Source: Raillietiella orientalis | Taxonomy: Eukaryota | NCBI GenBank assembly: GCA_036172245.1 | Contig: JAYWIR010000040.1 | Coordinates: forward strand, 558,001 to 622,000 | DNA: 64,000 nucleotides | Reading direction: 5' to 3' | In this document: piece by piece, positions 51,471 through 64,000 of the stretch | Numbering within the stretch: position 1 is the stretch's first letter | How the letters are laid out: each line of letters opens with the position of its first letter | Position numbers and translations under genes: made by a program | Notes under the pieces: generated by a model | What the model was told of the DNA's origin: nothing | What the model saw: the letters and a program-made list of their open reading frames with translations, nothing else | Database searches by the model: none

Positions 51471-53559
51471 ATTAGTTTAACTGTAAAGGAACAACTCCTA
51501 CTCCTCATCTGTAGCTTCAAGGAAGCCCGGAGCTTTCATGTGACATCCGTAGAGGCAGGTCTTCTTCCTGACCCAATGTTTCTCATCTTGTGTTTTCTCG
51601 TGCTCTGTTTCTTTCCTGTGTGCTCTTGCTCGCATCCCGATGTTTAGTGGGAGTGCTCCATGAAGCAGGGATGTCGATGAGGGAAGCGAGACGAAGGGAC
51701 TCGCCCTCGCCTTCCACGATCAGTTCAGGAACAGCAGATGCAACACTAGAAGAAAGATGGACTGGTTTGAAGGATACTCAGCTATTTTTTATTTAATTTC
51801 TTTTGGCTTTCTGTTAAGCCAGATATGCTAGCAAACCACATACACATTAAATCATCGAATCTTCTTCAAGAATATCAACTAAAGAACGACTATCACGACA
51901 TAGCAACGAATACATAAGTAATTCGTATTCGTCGTCCCTCTGCCCTTTTTGAAGCTGCTCATTCTCACTTAATTCTTCTAAGTGCTGGAGAGTTCTATCC
52001 TCATTCTCCAATAAAGGATTTGCCACCGAGGAGTCGCAAGTTTGCAAGAACAAACAAGCAAACAAACAAGAGGTTGTCTCAGCGAAGGTTTGCTGCAAGC
52101 TGTGAGGTCCACGAGGAGAGGCTCGAGATGTTCGCTTCGAATATGCAGTGTAGCTTGTAGGAAACACCCGTGGGGAGGAGGCCGTCCTCCCGGGGCGTCC
52201 GGGAGAAGCCGGGCTTCCGATAAGAGCGTACCTTCTGCTCGCCGTGTCGTGGCATGCGCGTTCCCCGGCGAGTGAGGGTTCATCGCCCTTTCCCCTGAAA
52301 GGGGGCTCGCAAACGCAGGAACGCGCGTCGTTTTTGCACCCGGGAACGGACGCGCATGGGGACAGGGGTCAAGCGAAACCCTCGGCGAGAGTTGCCCACC
52401 AAGATCGCGGTTTAAAAACACACATACACAAAAAGACACCACTAATCGATTTCTCTTTTCCTTTAGGAAGCCTTGGGAAAAACCAGCAGCGGTTGAGATC
52501 CTGGAAATTCATGGTCAGGCGTCGCGCGATCAGATGATGGGGAAGCACAGTTTTGTTCACGACGTTGAGGAGGTACTGAAGCTGTGGCTCTTTCCAGAAA
52601 GCTGGAGGCACGCACGTCGTTAGCTCCAGAGAGGGCGTTTGCTTTGGAATGAAAGTTTCTCTGAAAGAGAACCGGCATTTCCAGGAACTCTTGAACGTAC
52701 TTTTCTGGGTCGTGAAGCACAGTGGTCGATTAGTGGCGACGATGGGGGGGTGTATTGATCATTGCAGTGTATGTGATGTGGAGGTGCACAAAGCAAGGCG
52801 GCTTCTTTAACTCTTGCCGAGCCTTGAAAGTACGAGTGTCCGAGACAAGGAAAAGAAAAAAAAAAAAAACTGCGATTGGTGCACAGATTGGGAAAAGAGT
52901 TGGTACACATAACAGCGCATGGAATCGTGAAGGGCTACTGCGCGTGCACCGTGACCCAGAGTAGGAGGCAGTAGAGCGCCGCAAAGTTTCGAAAGTGTCT
53001 CTCCAGAGAATTTCAGAAGAGTTCGGGTGAAATCCGCATCCGGCTCACATGATATCTATATTCATTCGCAGCACTTGAAGATTCCTAATTGAGTCTTCCC
53101 TCAGGATTTGGTGGGTGCCTCTTGAATTCCTCCTCGTCGGTTCCTATGGTTTCTGGTGGTTTCCTGTGATGCTCCTTTTGTCTTCTCGTGTTTGTGTACC
53201 ATCCTCGACCTTCTGATTTTCACCGATGCACCCGACATCCTCGGTTGCAGAACTCTTGGATCCTCTGAACGCTGGTCCTCAGCGGTCGGTTTTTGAAGCC
53301 TCTGCTGATCTGATGAAATTTTTTGGACTCTAGAGGATCGCCTGTCGGTTCCCTTGCCACCGGGAAGTGTTCCCGTAAATACGATCGAATGCTCGTCGTT
53401 GGATTCGCACCCGAAAGTGAGCGCGTCCTTCGCCTAGGAATCGAAATGAGCTGCTGCTACTTTGATCCACTTTGGGAAGAAGGTCGAAAGGAGCGAATTA
53501 AAACGCGAAAAAAGCATTTTCTGGATCTTAATTCCGGGGAAAAACAAACGCATCCGTCC

Positions 53560-53645
53560 ACATCTGTGGCACGCTGCACACTCACTATGTGCCCGGCATG
53601 GTCGATGATTAAAAATCCGCTTGCAAGCATTTGGCACTCGTGACG
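53560..53645 (+). mobile_element. SWIM zinc-finger remnant, probably from a Mutator-like element
   Basis: C..C PAW......CKHLALV with one frameshift. Confidence 0.35.
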
Positions 53646-56270
53646 AGTTTTAATCCCCGTTCTTTTCGAACTGGGTTTGTGTGGGGAGATTTGAATGAGC
53701 CATTCTGGAAGCATGTTCCATGATTTGGAACCTCCAGCAGCGTTCACGATGACTACGATCCGTATTCCTTCATAGTTATGTGGACACAGTTGCTGCTATC
53801 ATTAGCTACTATTCCATGACCTCAGGGTTTGTCCATCAGCCTGTATCCTTCAATGGGCACCAAAGGTGACACGATTTTCGCGTCTGAAGAAGGCTTTTGC
53901 ATTTTCCCTGATACGTGTACATCGGGGGTGTTTTACCCTTCACTCTCCACGTTGCACCGCCCTGATTACAGTTTGCAAAAAAAATGGAATGCATGCTGAA
54001 ACTTTTCGTTACAGAGCGTTTCAAAATCTATCCTGGGACTCGATTTTTCTTTTCTTCTTTCCCCCGGTAGTTCTTGGACCATTTCCGAAGGAATGCTGCC
54101 ACACCTGTTTAGAGCAATCTGCCTTTTTTTTTTTTATTGCCCTTAAACTGCTTCCTTTGCTGCTTCTGTGATTCTTTGATATTCCCCGACAGCTATTCCT
54201 CTCCTACCTCCGACCACGGAGGCTGACACAGAAAACCGTCACCGTTATTATGCATTTGGAAGTGCTCCTATACGAGACGTTCCTCCTTGGGATTTGCAGG
54301 CACTCGTGCTGGCTGGCTTGTTTTTTCCCACGCATATCGATTAAAAGCAGATGGATGTTTCCTGATCATGCTAGTCCGGACCCAATCGTTCCTCCTTCTT
54401 TCACTGTGGATGCTTCCAAGATTGAAAGATCCAGTCTACTGTTCCGCGATATTGCAGCTCCAGTGCTTCTCTTTTGTCCTCCAGTGTGGCATGGTGATAC
54501 TCATTCCAATGTTCTAAAGACTTTTGCAAGCGCAAATCTCAATAGATGACACATCTACAAAGTAATGGAACGATTCCGTGTATTTATAAGTGATAAAAAT
54601 CTGCGATTAAGAACAAGGATTATCTTAGCAATAAGTTTCGATGGTTTCTTCAGCCACCCGTCGTCCGAAGTTACCGGCATTTAGATCCGTGCTCAGATCT
54701 GTCCACTGAAGCGTCGCTTCGGTATTCTCCGAGCTCGGCTCATTCCTTCCTCCACACCATTAGAGAACGGGTTGGGCGAACAAGTGAGTCCTCAGTGGAC
54801 TAATGAATTCTGGGGGATGGCACGACAGATCACAAGCAGATCAGTGGATCGACTGGATGGCGGTCGAACCCCACAAACGGAATTCCCGATGGCCTACGCA
54901 GACAAAGGGAACACAGTGGTAGGACCGGGGATAATGAACTTTAGGAAATTTTGCCTTGCCCAGGAAATCCGTAACTCACGGATGTCACTGGAAAACGAAC
55001 TCTACAGGAAGGAAGTAGGAAGAAGTCGCTGGACTTGAGGTTAGCAGTGTGTCAAAGTGCAGTGACATCCCGCGCAGTCCAAGCTGAAACCACTTCCGAA
55101 TTCTATTACATAGAACACATCTTCCAACCTATGCAAAAAATAACCGAGTACTGCAGGTGCGAGGTGTTTATCTGGATCAAACATGTCCACAGCCGCAGGG
55201 CAATGCTCATGGCTTCGCAGTCGGCTCCTTAAAAGATTCCGAAAAGGAATGATTGGAAGAGGAAGCTATAAGTTCCGGGACATGATTCCCCGAATAAACG
55301 AGATTATTGTTCTCCTGAAACTACCGACATTAAAATCGGAAACCGGAAAGAAAGTGCATCCTGATTAATAGGGGCACACCAGTTCCATGGAAGGGAACAG
55401 GAGCACAATAGGTGACACCTCATAGCAACCCACAAAACATGTCATCATGAGCTCAGGAACGCACGCAGCATCAGTAACCTGTGTGTAATTCCCATCCTGT
55501 GATTTTCTCGATGGTTTCCGTACAACCTTTGAAGGTCGACAGATACTTTGGTTAGAAGAAACACTGTTCAAGGCGTCTTCGAAAGAGTCATCCATCCACA
55601 GGCTCTGCGAACGACGGCGTTACGATGGCAACTGGTAGCCTCAGGAACACTGCTGCTTTAACTGTTGCTGCCGGTGTTGTGCACTTCAGGAATTTTCATA
55701 CCTCAAGAAACTTTCCATGCAATCGGACTTCTTCCCTGAATTGTTTCAATGGATTTGAAACGACCTCACCGATGCAGAAGGCGAGCATTCTCCCGTCGGC
55801 CATTCATCATCTGAGCCCTGAGAAAATGGCTGTTTCTGACCGTTTCTGGAAAACTGCGACAGGCTCGTTCTCTTCGGTAACGGCGATTCTTCTGAAGCAG
55901 CGATGCATCCGACGAAATGATGGTGCAGCCGAATGGGGAAATCTGTGGTAGGGAGCTTGGATGAACACATGCCATTTAGGCGCTCGTAAAATTTCGAATT
56001 TTCAAGAAACAGCAAGTGAGGATGCTGGATTGGCAGCATGTTGATGGCATGTCGATTCTTGGGAGCCGATTTTATTCGTTTCTATCACATAAAAAAAAAA
56101 CACTAACCCTCACTCGTATCTGCTCAGGGGCACGCTCATTTGCAAATATGGAGACTCTCAGGCAAAAGTGGTGTCATTTCCGTACCAGACGCTGGAATCC
56201 CGCCCATCTGCTTCAATTAAAATACTGCATTTCGGGATTGACTCTTATTCACATCGTATAACATCACCAA

Positions 56271-56927
56271 AGCACGCCTCTCCCACTGGATATCCGGGAG
56301 CGTGGATGCCAATTGTGCAGGCTGCGGGGAATTCCCCCACCTCATCATCGGGTGTGTCGCCCTCCGACCCATGTGGAATCGACTGTCGTCGATCTTGGAC
56401 ATTCCTGGGGGCGATCCGAAGGACATTTTCCGTCGCCTCCTGATGCAGGACGCCCTGCCAGCAGCCGCGTGTGTAGCAGTCCTCTGCTGCATACGCGGGA
56501 TCCTCGCAAAATGGACTGCGTCCAGGAGAGGCCATAACAGACGGCAAGCCATTCACTGGGCGGCTCTTAACATTGAGAAAGCTTCTCGATGGCCCCGGCT
56601 AAGAACATTACGTCCAGCACTTGTCCGCATCCTGAGAAGGTTACAGAGGACCACTCGGGGCGAACAGTGATCCCTCCCTAACCCTCCCCTCCCCTAAAAC
56701 ATCCCCTCCTCCCCTTGGTTTTTGTTTAATTTTTTAGTTTTTCTTTGTGGTTTTCCCTCCCTCATCGCCTGCAGAGAGGACCTCAGCGACCTGCGAGCCG
56801 GCAGCGGAAAGTCTATCAAGACAGGCAGAACCACATGCTCTGCCTGCACATAATTCTAAGACTTTATTATGAAATTCTTTTTATATAAAAATTTTAATAA
56901 TAAATGCCCCGGCATATCCGGGTGATG
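56271..56927 (+). mobile_element. 5'-truncated Tx1/L1-like LINE related to 48936-49985
   Basis: ARLSHW..CAGCGEFPHLIIGCVALRPMW..DIFRRLL..DAL..LCCIRGI aligns with the 49-kb copy; 11-bp TSD AACATCACCAA (56260-56270) / AACGTCACCAA (56928-56938). Confidence 0.85.
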
Positions 56928-57899
56928 AACGTCACCAATTGCACCTTTTTTACGATACATTAATCGATTCCAGTGAGCATGGCAACCCTGTGCTTGGTTT
57001 TGCGCGACGGTGATTCAAATCTAGCCGTACCAATATCAGCGAATCCATTGAGCAAATAGCACTTGATGAGCGGTTCTTTTCCTCGATTGATCTCAGATTT
57101 ATTTCTTAAGCCAAACTCAAACATTTGCTTCGACCTTCGGGAACGAGCCTTCCATGGAAGACTTCTTTCCATAATTTGGTTCCATTCTTCCACACCATCT
57201 TTACCGCGTGACTTTACCAACCTGACAGCGGCATTCCTGTCAGAAATGTAGTCATCATCGCTTTGGGCATCGTTTTTTTTGCCTTTACGCAATCTTCCTC
57301 ACTCGATTTATAAGGTTTGTCCTCAAAATGTGTCCTGCCTGCGCATAATGCTTTTATGGTATGTTGAAAGTGAGCTCCTCCGAACAAACCACGAGCTCCA
57401 CAGTGGTCGGAGTAGACACCATTGCTGCACTTTCTAGCAGCCAAAGCTTTCTTGCCACTTAACATCACATGTAATTTTCTTGTTCTTAGCTGCGGTGCTT
57501 CCTATATTCACTGTTTTCTTTTTTGTGACCAGGAGTGTTGTTATAAGAGCTGATAATTGAGCCGTTTGTGGCAGCTCCAACGCCTTCCATGTCAACCCTG
57601 CAGCCATTGATCTTAACATTAAGTTTTCTGGACCTTTTTGAAGCTTGTGAATACCTACTTGTGCTCCCTAATTTTTCCCTATTCAGTGCAAATATTCCAT
57701 CTGTGAACCCCCACTGTTTGTTTTAGGCCAATTTTAGAAAGGATGACGGTTATATGCTCCGAAATCACGACCTTATCATTCTATGCAGACCCGGAAAACT
57801 TTTCAGGATCTCTCTGTTTTTCTGCTTCTTCAAGTGGAAAGAAAAGGGGGGGGGGAGGGAAAAAGGGATGAGGACTGAGCGATCACCTTACTAAATCGT

Positions 57900-60170
57900 C
57901 CTAGACCTATTGATTGATGCCGTGGGGAGAAGACCGTGGTGATCACGGGGATACCTGGTTCACAAAATGCACCGTCAGTCATCGGCGCCAAAGCCACAAT
58001 AGGAGTGTACACGCAGTCTTCGTGGTCAATTGGTGTCAGCTCGACATTTCGAAAAGGCCATGCGGGCCAAGATTAGCCTCTCTGGTAGTTAAATCAAGAG
58101 GATACGATCGCTTCCGTAATGAGGCAATGCGATTCGTTGCAGTAGGGAGTCTGACACGGAAGGGAAGTTCTGGGGCACCAGCCAGACTCGTTTCGGAATG
58201 GGAAGCGAGCTGAGATGTCCAAGCGCTGGGAGAGGAAATGCTCTTCCCGGAGGGCATGCGAATCCTTACGTGGGTGCCGTGCCTTAATGAAGAATGCCTA
58301 TTTTTTCCTTGGAGAATGCGCGCGGCGGCGGCAGGAGCAACTGTGCCAGTTCTTCTTATCTGTTTAGCCTGGTGACCAGCGATCCAAATTATGGAGATTC
58401 CTTTACATGTACCGCCACTTCCTAGATGGATATCGTCCTAGGATGGATCTTATCTCAATGCCTGTCCTCCTTTCTGAAACTTAATAAATATTTCCTAAAA
58501 GGGAGTGTCCTCTTGGTTTGACGAGCTCAAATCGTTACGAAGGAACCGGAAAAATGGACGTCAGCCCCTTTATGAAAATTATGAGTTTCCTTTGCGCCAT
58601 CGTAAGTGGGTTGTTGTAAGATGTCAGCATGTTTGGGATGAGGGAAGTGTTGACGCACAGATGGGTCGTTTTGAGAAATACGAATTCGTAAGGTAGTGAT
58701 TATCTTTAAATGTTTTCTCGGTTCGAGGTGATGCATTTTTTTTTTTTTTTTTTCTCTTCTCCGTTTGAACGTCCATTCGGTCAGAACCGTGTTCCGCAAA
58801 ATCTGATATCATTGACCATCACGGTGCTCGCCGTTTCCCTGTGTCATTATTACAGTCTTCGCCCAAATATGCCCAACCGCGCTTCTTTTGGCACATGCAA
58901 AAGAGCGTAAGTACGCCGGCAATATCCATTTCAGCATTCACAGAATCATTCCACGATGCTCTTTTTGCGAACCGCCTTGAGCGTCCACTCTGTGAAGCTT
59001 TCCTGGCGGTTGCCATGCTCTGCGTGGAATGGCGTACTCCGAATGAGGTCTTCCATGGATAGGGGTGGAATCGCCGCGCTCTTTTGTGTGCTCCAACACC
59101 GAATGGCGACGGATGTCCTGCGTGTTGCGCGAAGTACGAGGCGCATCTCAAAAGTAAGAGCCGATCGGATGTAAAGAAAGGACAGATGAGAGAAGCACAA
59201 ATATATGTGTTGGTGGTTCCAAACGCGTGCATCCCCACTTCATTCTTCTACGCAGTCACCGCTGTTTGCCGAACACTTTTTATACCGTGGAGCAAGGCTT
59301 TTTGGATGCCCTGCGTGAAATTCCGCCTCCTGGGAGTTCGGACTGTTCGGCAGAGCTGCAGCCTTCAACTCCACCCTTTGCCCCTCGAATCGCTGAGCCA
59401 CTTCCCGAGGTGCAGAAGACGTCGTGGTAGTCACCCGGAGCGAGGTCAGGGCTGAGTGATCAAAAAGTTCCCATCTGAATTCCCGAATTGTCTGGAATGT
59501 GCAGATAGCAGTGTGTGGGACCAAAAGGGTGCGTTGTTGGTGGACTTTATGGAACAACCGTCACTTCGCAAGTCTATTGTGAAACGCTTTCGAGTCTGTG
59601 GCGTGTATTCAGAACCGACAACGTGGAATGATGAGATCCAGGATTGTTCTTCTCCTTCACGACAACGCGAGCCTTGGCAACACATGCCGTCCAGACAATT
59701 CGGAAACTCAAGTGGGAACTTTTTGATCACTCAGTCCTGACCTCGCTCCCAGTGACTACCACGACGTCTTCTGCACCTCAAGAAGTGGCTCAACAATTCG
59801 AGTGGAAGACTGCAGTGCTGAATCGACTGAACTCCCAGGCGGCGGAATTTCATGCAGAGGGTTCCCCAGGGCTCCCCTTCCACGGTATCAAAAGTGTTTG
59901 GTAAAAAATGGTGACTACGTAGGGGAATGACGTGGAGACGAACGGGTTTGGAACCGCCAATAAATTTTTGTTTCTCTCATTTGTTCTTTACATCCGATCG
60001 GCACTCACTTCTGAAATGCTCCTCGTAAATCGACAAAAAAATGGTCCAGTGGGGATCGTTTCCAATATCGCGCGGATTGATCGGTAGCAGACGAATTTTG
60101 ATTTGCATCTGTTGCAGATTCTGCAGGACATCGACACCAGCAAAGCTGCTTTCCCATTGTAAGTGCGCAA
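57900..60170 (-). mobile_element. Possible decayed Mutator-like element with N-terminal C2H2 finger, interrupted by mariner
   Basis: Removing the mariner restores PFFCRFTSRNTQDIRRHSVLEH; downstream ESFTEW and TNRIASLRK motifs. Confidence 0.35.
59137..60025 (+). mobile_element. Non-autonomous fold-back mariner (Tc1/mariner) derivative
   Basis: TA at 59135-36 and 60026-27; termini CGAGGCGCATCTCAAAAGT / ACTTCTGAAATGCTCCTCG; transposase motifs VWDQKGALLVDF, LLHDNA, WELFDH and PDLAPSDYH. Confidence 0.9.
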
Positions 60171-63100
60171 ACCATTACTTTCCACTGCTAGGAGATTTAG
60201 AAATATCGTTAGGAGTCATTCATTTTATTTTAATTTTCATTGAATGCTTTGAGATTTTGGATGCACAAGCATTTCCGGAAAGATTGCTTCCCCCCCCTTC
60301 TTTTCTACCTCCCTCGTCCACGAGTGGGCTTAAGGCACCAAGCAGTACTCTCAAGTGGTCCGCAAGAGTGGGCATTTAGAAAATTCCGACTCCGAAAACG
60401 AATAGCAAGCCGATATAGGAGGGCGTGTAGAAATTCCGGCGAATGACCGAGGTCTCTTTGGAGCAAAAAGTAGCTAAGGAAACAGGACGCCCCTGAGATA
60501 ACTACATTCGGAAAAGAGTAGAGGAGAACAAGTATGTGAAACAATATCATAAATCTTGTAGGACTCTGTGGACGGGTTTTCGAAACGGAAGGAATCGCAG
60601 CTTATCTTCCACATAGCAGTGAAGGAAGTGAAGCAACACGGTCGACTGAAAGGTGGTTTAGGGACCCCGAATTCGTTCAATGCCACTCAGCGGAGGGTAC
60701 ACCACTGTACTCAGTGGTAGAATTTTTTTCTGTTTGTTTTATTACAAATAATTGATCGCCTGCGTTCGGATTCTTTGTCAGTCCAATCTTCTTATAGTTG
60801 AGGCTGTAGAATCAAAGAAGTGATGTAACAGATGTAACCTTACAAACGTATGGTGGGAGGCATCTGTGCTTTTTGTATCTTTGGCGAGGCCAACACCTCC
60901 GTAAAGATCACAATCCCGTGATAAATGCTCGATTCCTTGGGATGCATATCGGCGTGCAACCCACATCGGTGAAGCGAGAACGCCCTAAGTGTCCACTCTT
61001 TTTGAGCTTCTGAACTCTTCGGCTTTCCTGGGCTACGCTGTCGTTCCAATCGGATTCAACCTCCTTTTTGGGCAGTCACAAACGAGACTATCAGGAAACC
61101 AGCAGACGTGGCCTGCGGCTTGTGGCATTTTCTTTTAGAGCCGTTTGACCATCCGCATCACAAGGTCAGTCAAGGGCTTCCTTTCACTCCGAGCGGGCGC
61201 AAGCCATTCACAAAACTTTGCCCGAAGACATGAAGGGAACTTTCGTAGCGCGCAGCAGTTTCCTTCAGCAGGCTCTCCACGTGACAGCTAGCAGATTCCA
61301 GTTACTGGTCTGGACTGACTTCGAAGGCCCTGCCTCTGGTTTTCAGACGATCGCCCTTGCAGATCGTGGCCACGCGTCTCCTTCGCTGGTTGACATCGGG
61401 ATGCGTTCCTGGGGGTTCCCTTGAGGCATCCTCCCGCATCAGGAGTTTCCTTGAAATGCTGGCACGTGGTAGCAGCTCTCGTTTCCATTTTGCCTTGCCA
61501 ACGTCCCCGCACCTCCTTCGTACTTCCCGGTTTTCCAATCGCGTTCCGACATCTATTCGCGTGGCGTTCTTCCGCCGTTGCAGTCGGCACGAGGGAACCG
61601 CCAGATGACTCATTAGATGCCGATATCTTAGAATCATCATCGCAGATTACGACTGTTACGGGATGCTACACTGCTATGCAGCCATCCGATTGGCACGTTT
61701 CGTCGAACTCGCTCCGCGCTGAAGGAGATTCTCGTCCACCCTTAACTTCCAAGGGTCCCTCCTTACCTTCTGGGTCGAAAAGAAGGGTTGGAAAGGAGTG
61801 GTCGACGCGCCAGACATGCCCCTCGAATGAGGAACTCCAGAAATTGAGCTCCAAGATCTGACTCTTGAACGCAAGTGACGCTGAAACCACCAGAAGTGCC
61901 TGCTGACAGCAGGGAACACTCATAGCCATTGATCCTGCCTCTTGCTGTCTGCGGATGAGGAAGAGATCACTGTAATCACAGAAAGCTCGGGAGTGAAAGA
62001 GGAGGAGGTGCACTCTGAGTTTGCAACCATCTGTCCCATCGTGCGTAGTCAGAAATTCGAAGGCGCAGTGGGGATTCGCTTCTTCGCCATCCACATGACT
62101 GCAGCTCGAGCTCGAAAGATGGCTTCTGAATTCTGGCCGCTTCCCACTTGGCTCTTCTCCCAGAAAGCACATCCGAGTTGCATCCCAAACTTCCTTTAAA
62201 CGAGAAGCGACGAAGCACTGCACAGAAGCACTTTCCTGCTCTTCCTACGTCCATTTCTTCGAGTATCTTCGTTCTTCCTTCTTGTACTGAATTGAAAAAG
62301 ACAGACCTCAGAAGAGTGACTCTTGTTCTGCTAGAAGCCATTCATTATCCACACTCCCTTCATCGTGGTGACGTTTCCCCACAGACTCCAGAACTCACCC
62401 GCCCGAGATGAAATTTTGCTTCCAGCCAAAGCCTGGAATTCAAGCCCCTCGGAAAGTCAGAAGCCCCCAGGGGATTTCTGTCTTTCAATGAGGCTAAGAA
62501 AATCTCTTCGCGCCTAGAAGCGAAGGAGAGCACTCGTTTCAGCTTTTCCTCTCTTCCCATCCGAAAAAGCGGTCGGAATGGGGTCGGTACCCTTTGGCAG
62601 CCTAAGAATTCAATCAAGTTCCCTTATTTTAAATTATTCACCTCTCGATGTCAGCGAGGACGAATTTGCTGATGTTAAATCTTCCAGCAGGACGATTTGC
62701 AGCACGCATCCACCGTTGCGGACGTGCGTGTTTGGCATGAGAGGTTCAAAGTGGGCGCTGGATTGCAGATCCGAAGGGAACTTCGGATGAGCAGAAGATG
62801 GTTCACTCAAGCAAGTGCTGTGTCACAGCTTCGCGTTAGTTTGCAAGCCGCCTCCAGGGTGCACGCTGGTCTTTGCCTCGTTTCGTGTGGTATCCGAAAA
62901 GTCAGCTGAACAGTTCTTATTGGTCGACGTGTTCACGTGAACCTTCCCGGCAACCCTCTTAGGGGTCGCGGACGCCCCTACGAAAGTTCCAGGCTCTGGA
63001 ATTTTTGCTACCTTGATTTACGACCTCACCTCTCTCATCTCGAACCTCATTGCATTTTCTTTGTGTAATCAGCTGCCTCTTATTGCATGCACTCTACGCA

Positions 63101-63199
63101 CAGCGAGGTCAAATATAGGAAACCCGTCTGAGGCTCTAGGATTCGACTGGCGGAAATGATTTCGGAAGACTTCCGATGACCAAGGACATCTCGTAGCTT

Positions 63200-63750
63200 T
63201 TTCCTGCTGCTAAGAGATGTCGCTGTTCTTCAGGTTCAGAGTCGAGGACCTCTTGTTGGTCGGCCGTTTAGTGGCGCGTGAACGAAGTCCCGTCGCGCGG
63301 TGGAATGGGCCCGCAAATCAAACTTCGGGAGTGAAAGAGACAAGAGACAACAGGATAGAAGGTTTTACGACCAGGAGGGTCCGCGTATGCAATGCTCGAT
63401 GCTGGAATTCAAGGAAACTTTTCGGCACGCCGCGTGAGCCCAGAGGCGGAGATTTATTTTCGTACGAAGCGTTGTCAGGGAAACCAATGATTCTCGCTTG
63501 AGGACGCACAGGGGCTCGCTTCCTCTCCCAGCCTCTGACCGGGAAGAAGATACTCCTCCGCCAAAGCTTGTCGTCTATCCATGGTCCACTGCAAGTGCGT
63601 CAACCTCCGATGGCATCATCTCTCATACCATCGCATTAGAAGATGAGGGGCGGGATCATAGTGTGCTGGGAATCGGCTCACTTCATTGAGATGAGGATTT
63701 CGTATCTGACTGGTTCACCTCTGCCGCCACGCTTACGCACCCTGCACCTT
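63200..63750 (+). mobile_element. LINE endonuclease fragment
   Basis: RVCNA, PMILA*G and DHSV in endonuclease motif order. Confidence 0.4.
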
Positions 63751-64000
63751 CAGCTTCCGCGACGCCAGGGTTCGCCTGCTTCCTTTACTTTCGGCACTGG
63801 GCGGCGTCCAGCGCACTGTTATTCTTGCTGAAGCCACTGCGTCTGCGCGCGGCTCCACGGAGGCTGTGGTGGGGCAGTTCCAAACGTGCAGCGAGATATA
63901 CGACTCGTTCCTTCGCCGCGGCGGGAAGCGCATCCGGGCCAGCTGCGCTTTCCCCGAGCACCTCTCCCGCCTTACGCAGCTTTCCTTCCCTTACGAAATC

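Noticed and set aside
51590..51796. ORF with signal-peptide-like start
   Set aside because: Starts at GTG, has no splice or compositional support, and is antisense to a purine-rich stretch.
52620..52830. FLYWCH-like WxC...C motifs
   Set aside because: Weak matches occur on both strands and neither is complete.

Overview
Eukaryotic (invertebrate, probably arthropod-like) nuclear DNA that is mostly a graveyard of decayed transposons. Most ORFs in the six-frame track are spurious. Most of the window is heavily mutated non-LTR retrotransposon (mainly L1/Tx1-type) fragments in both orientations, with approximate boundaries. Best-supported items: (1) two spliced exons (46325-46374, 46904-47096), the second absent from the ORF track, encoding a signal-peptide end plus a 66-aa Gly/Tyr-rich peptide; (2) a cluster of old mitochondrial insertions (NUMTs: nad3, 12S, nad4, nad4L, probably cytb and nad5) between 24.8 and 33.7 kb; (3) two 5'-truncated Tx1-like LINE copies with target-site duplications that end in AATAAA plus a GC hairpin instead of poly(A); (4) an internally deleted piggyBac; (5) a fold-back mariner made of two 3' ends; (6) an unclassified element with ~215-bp terminal inverted repeats; (7) a possible Ig-superfamily pseudogene. 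All protein-family calls come from motifs recognised by eye, not from database searches.
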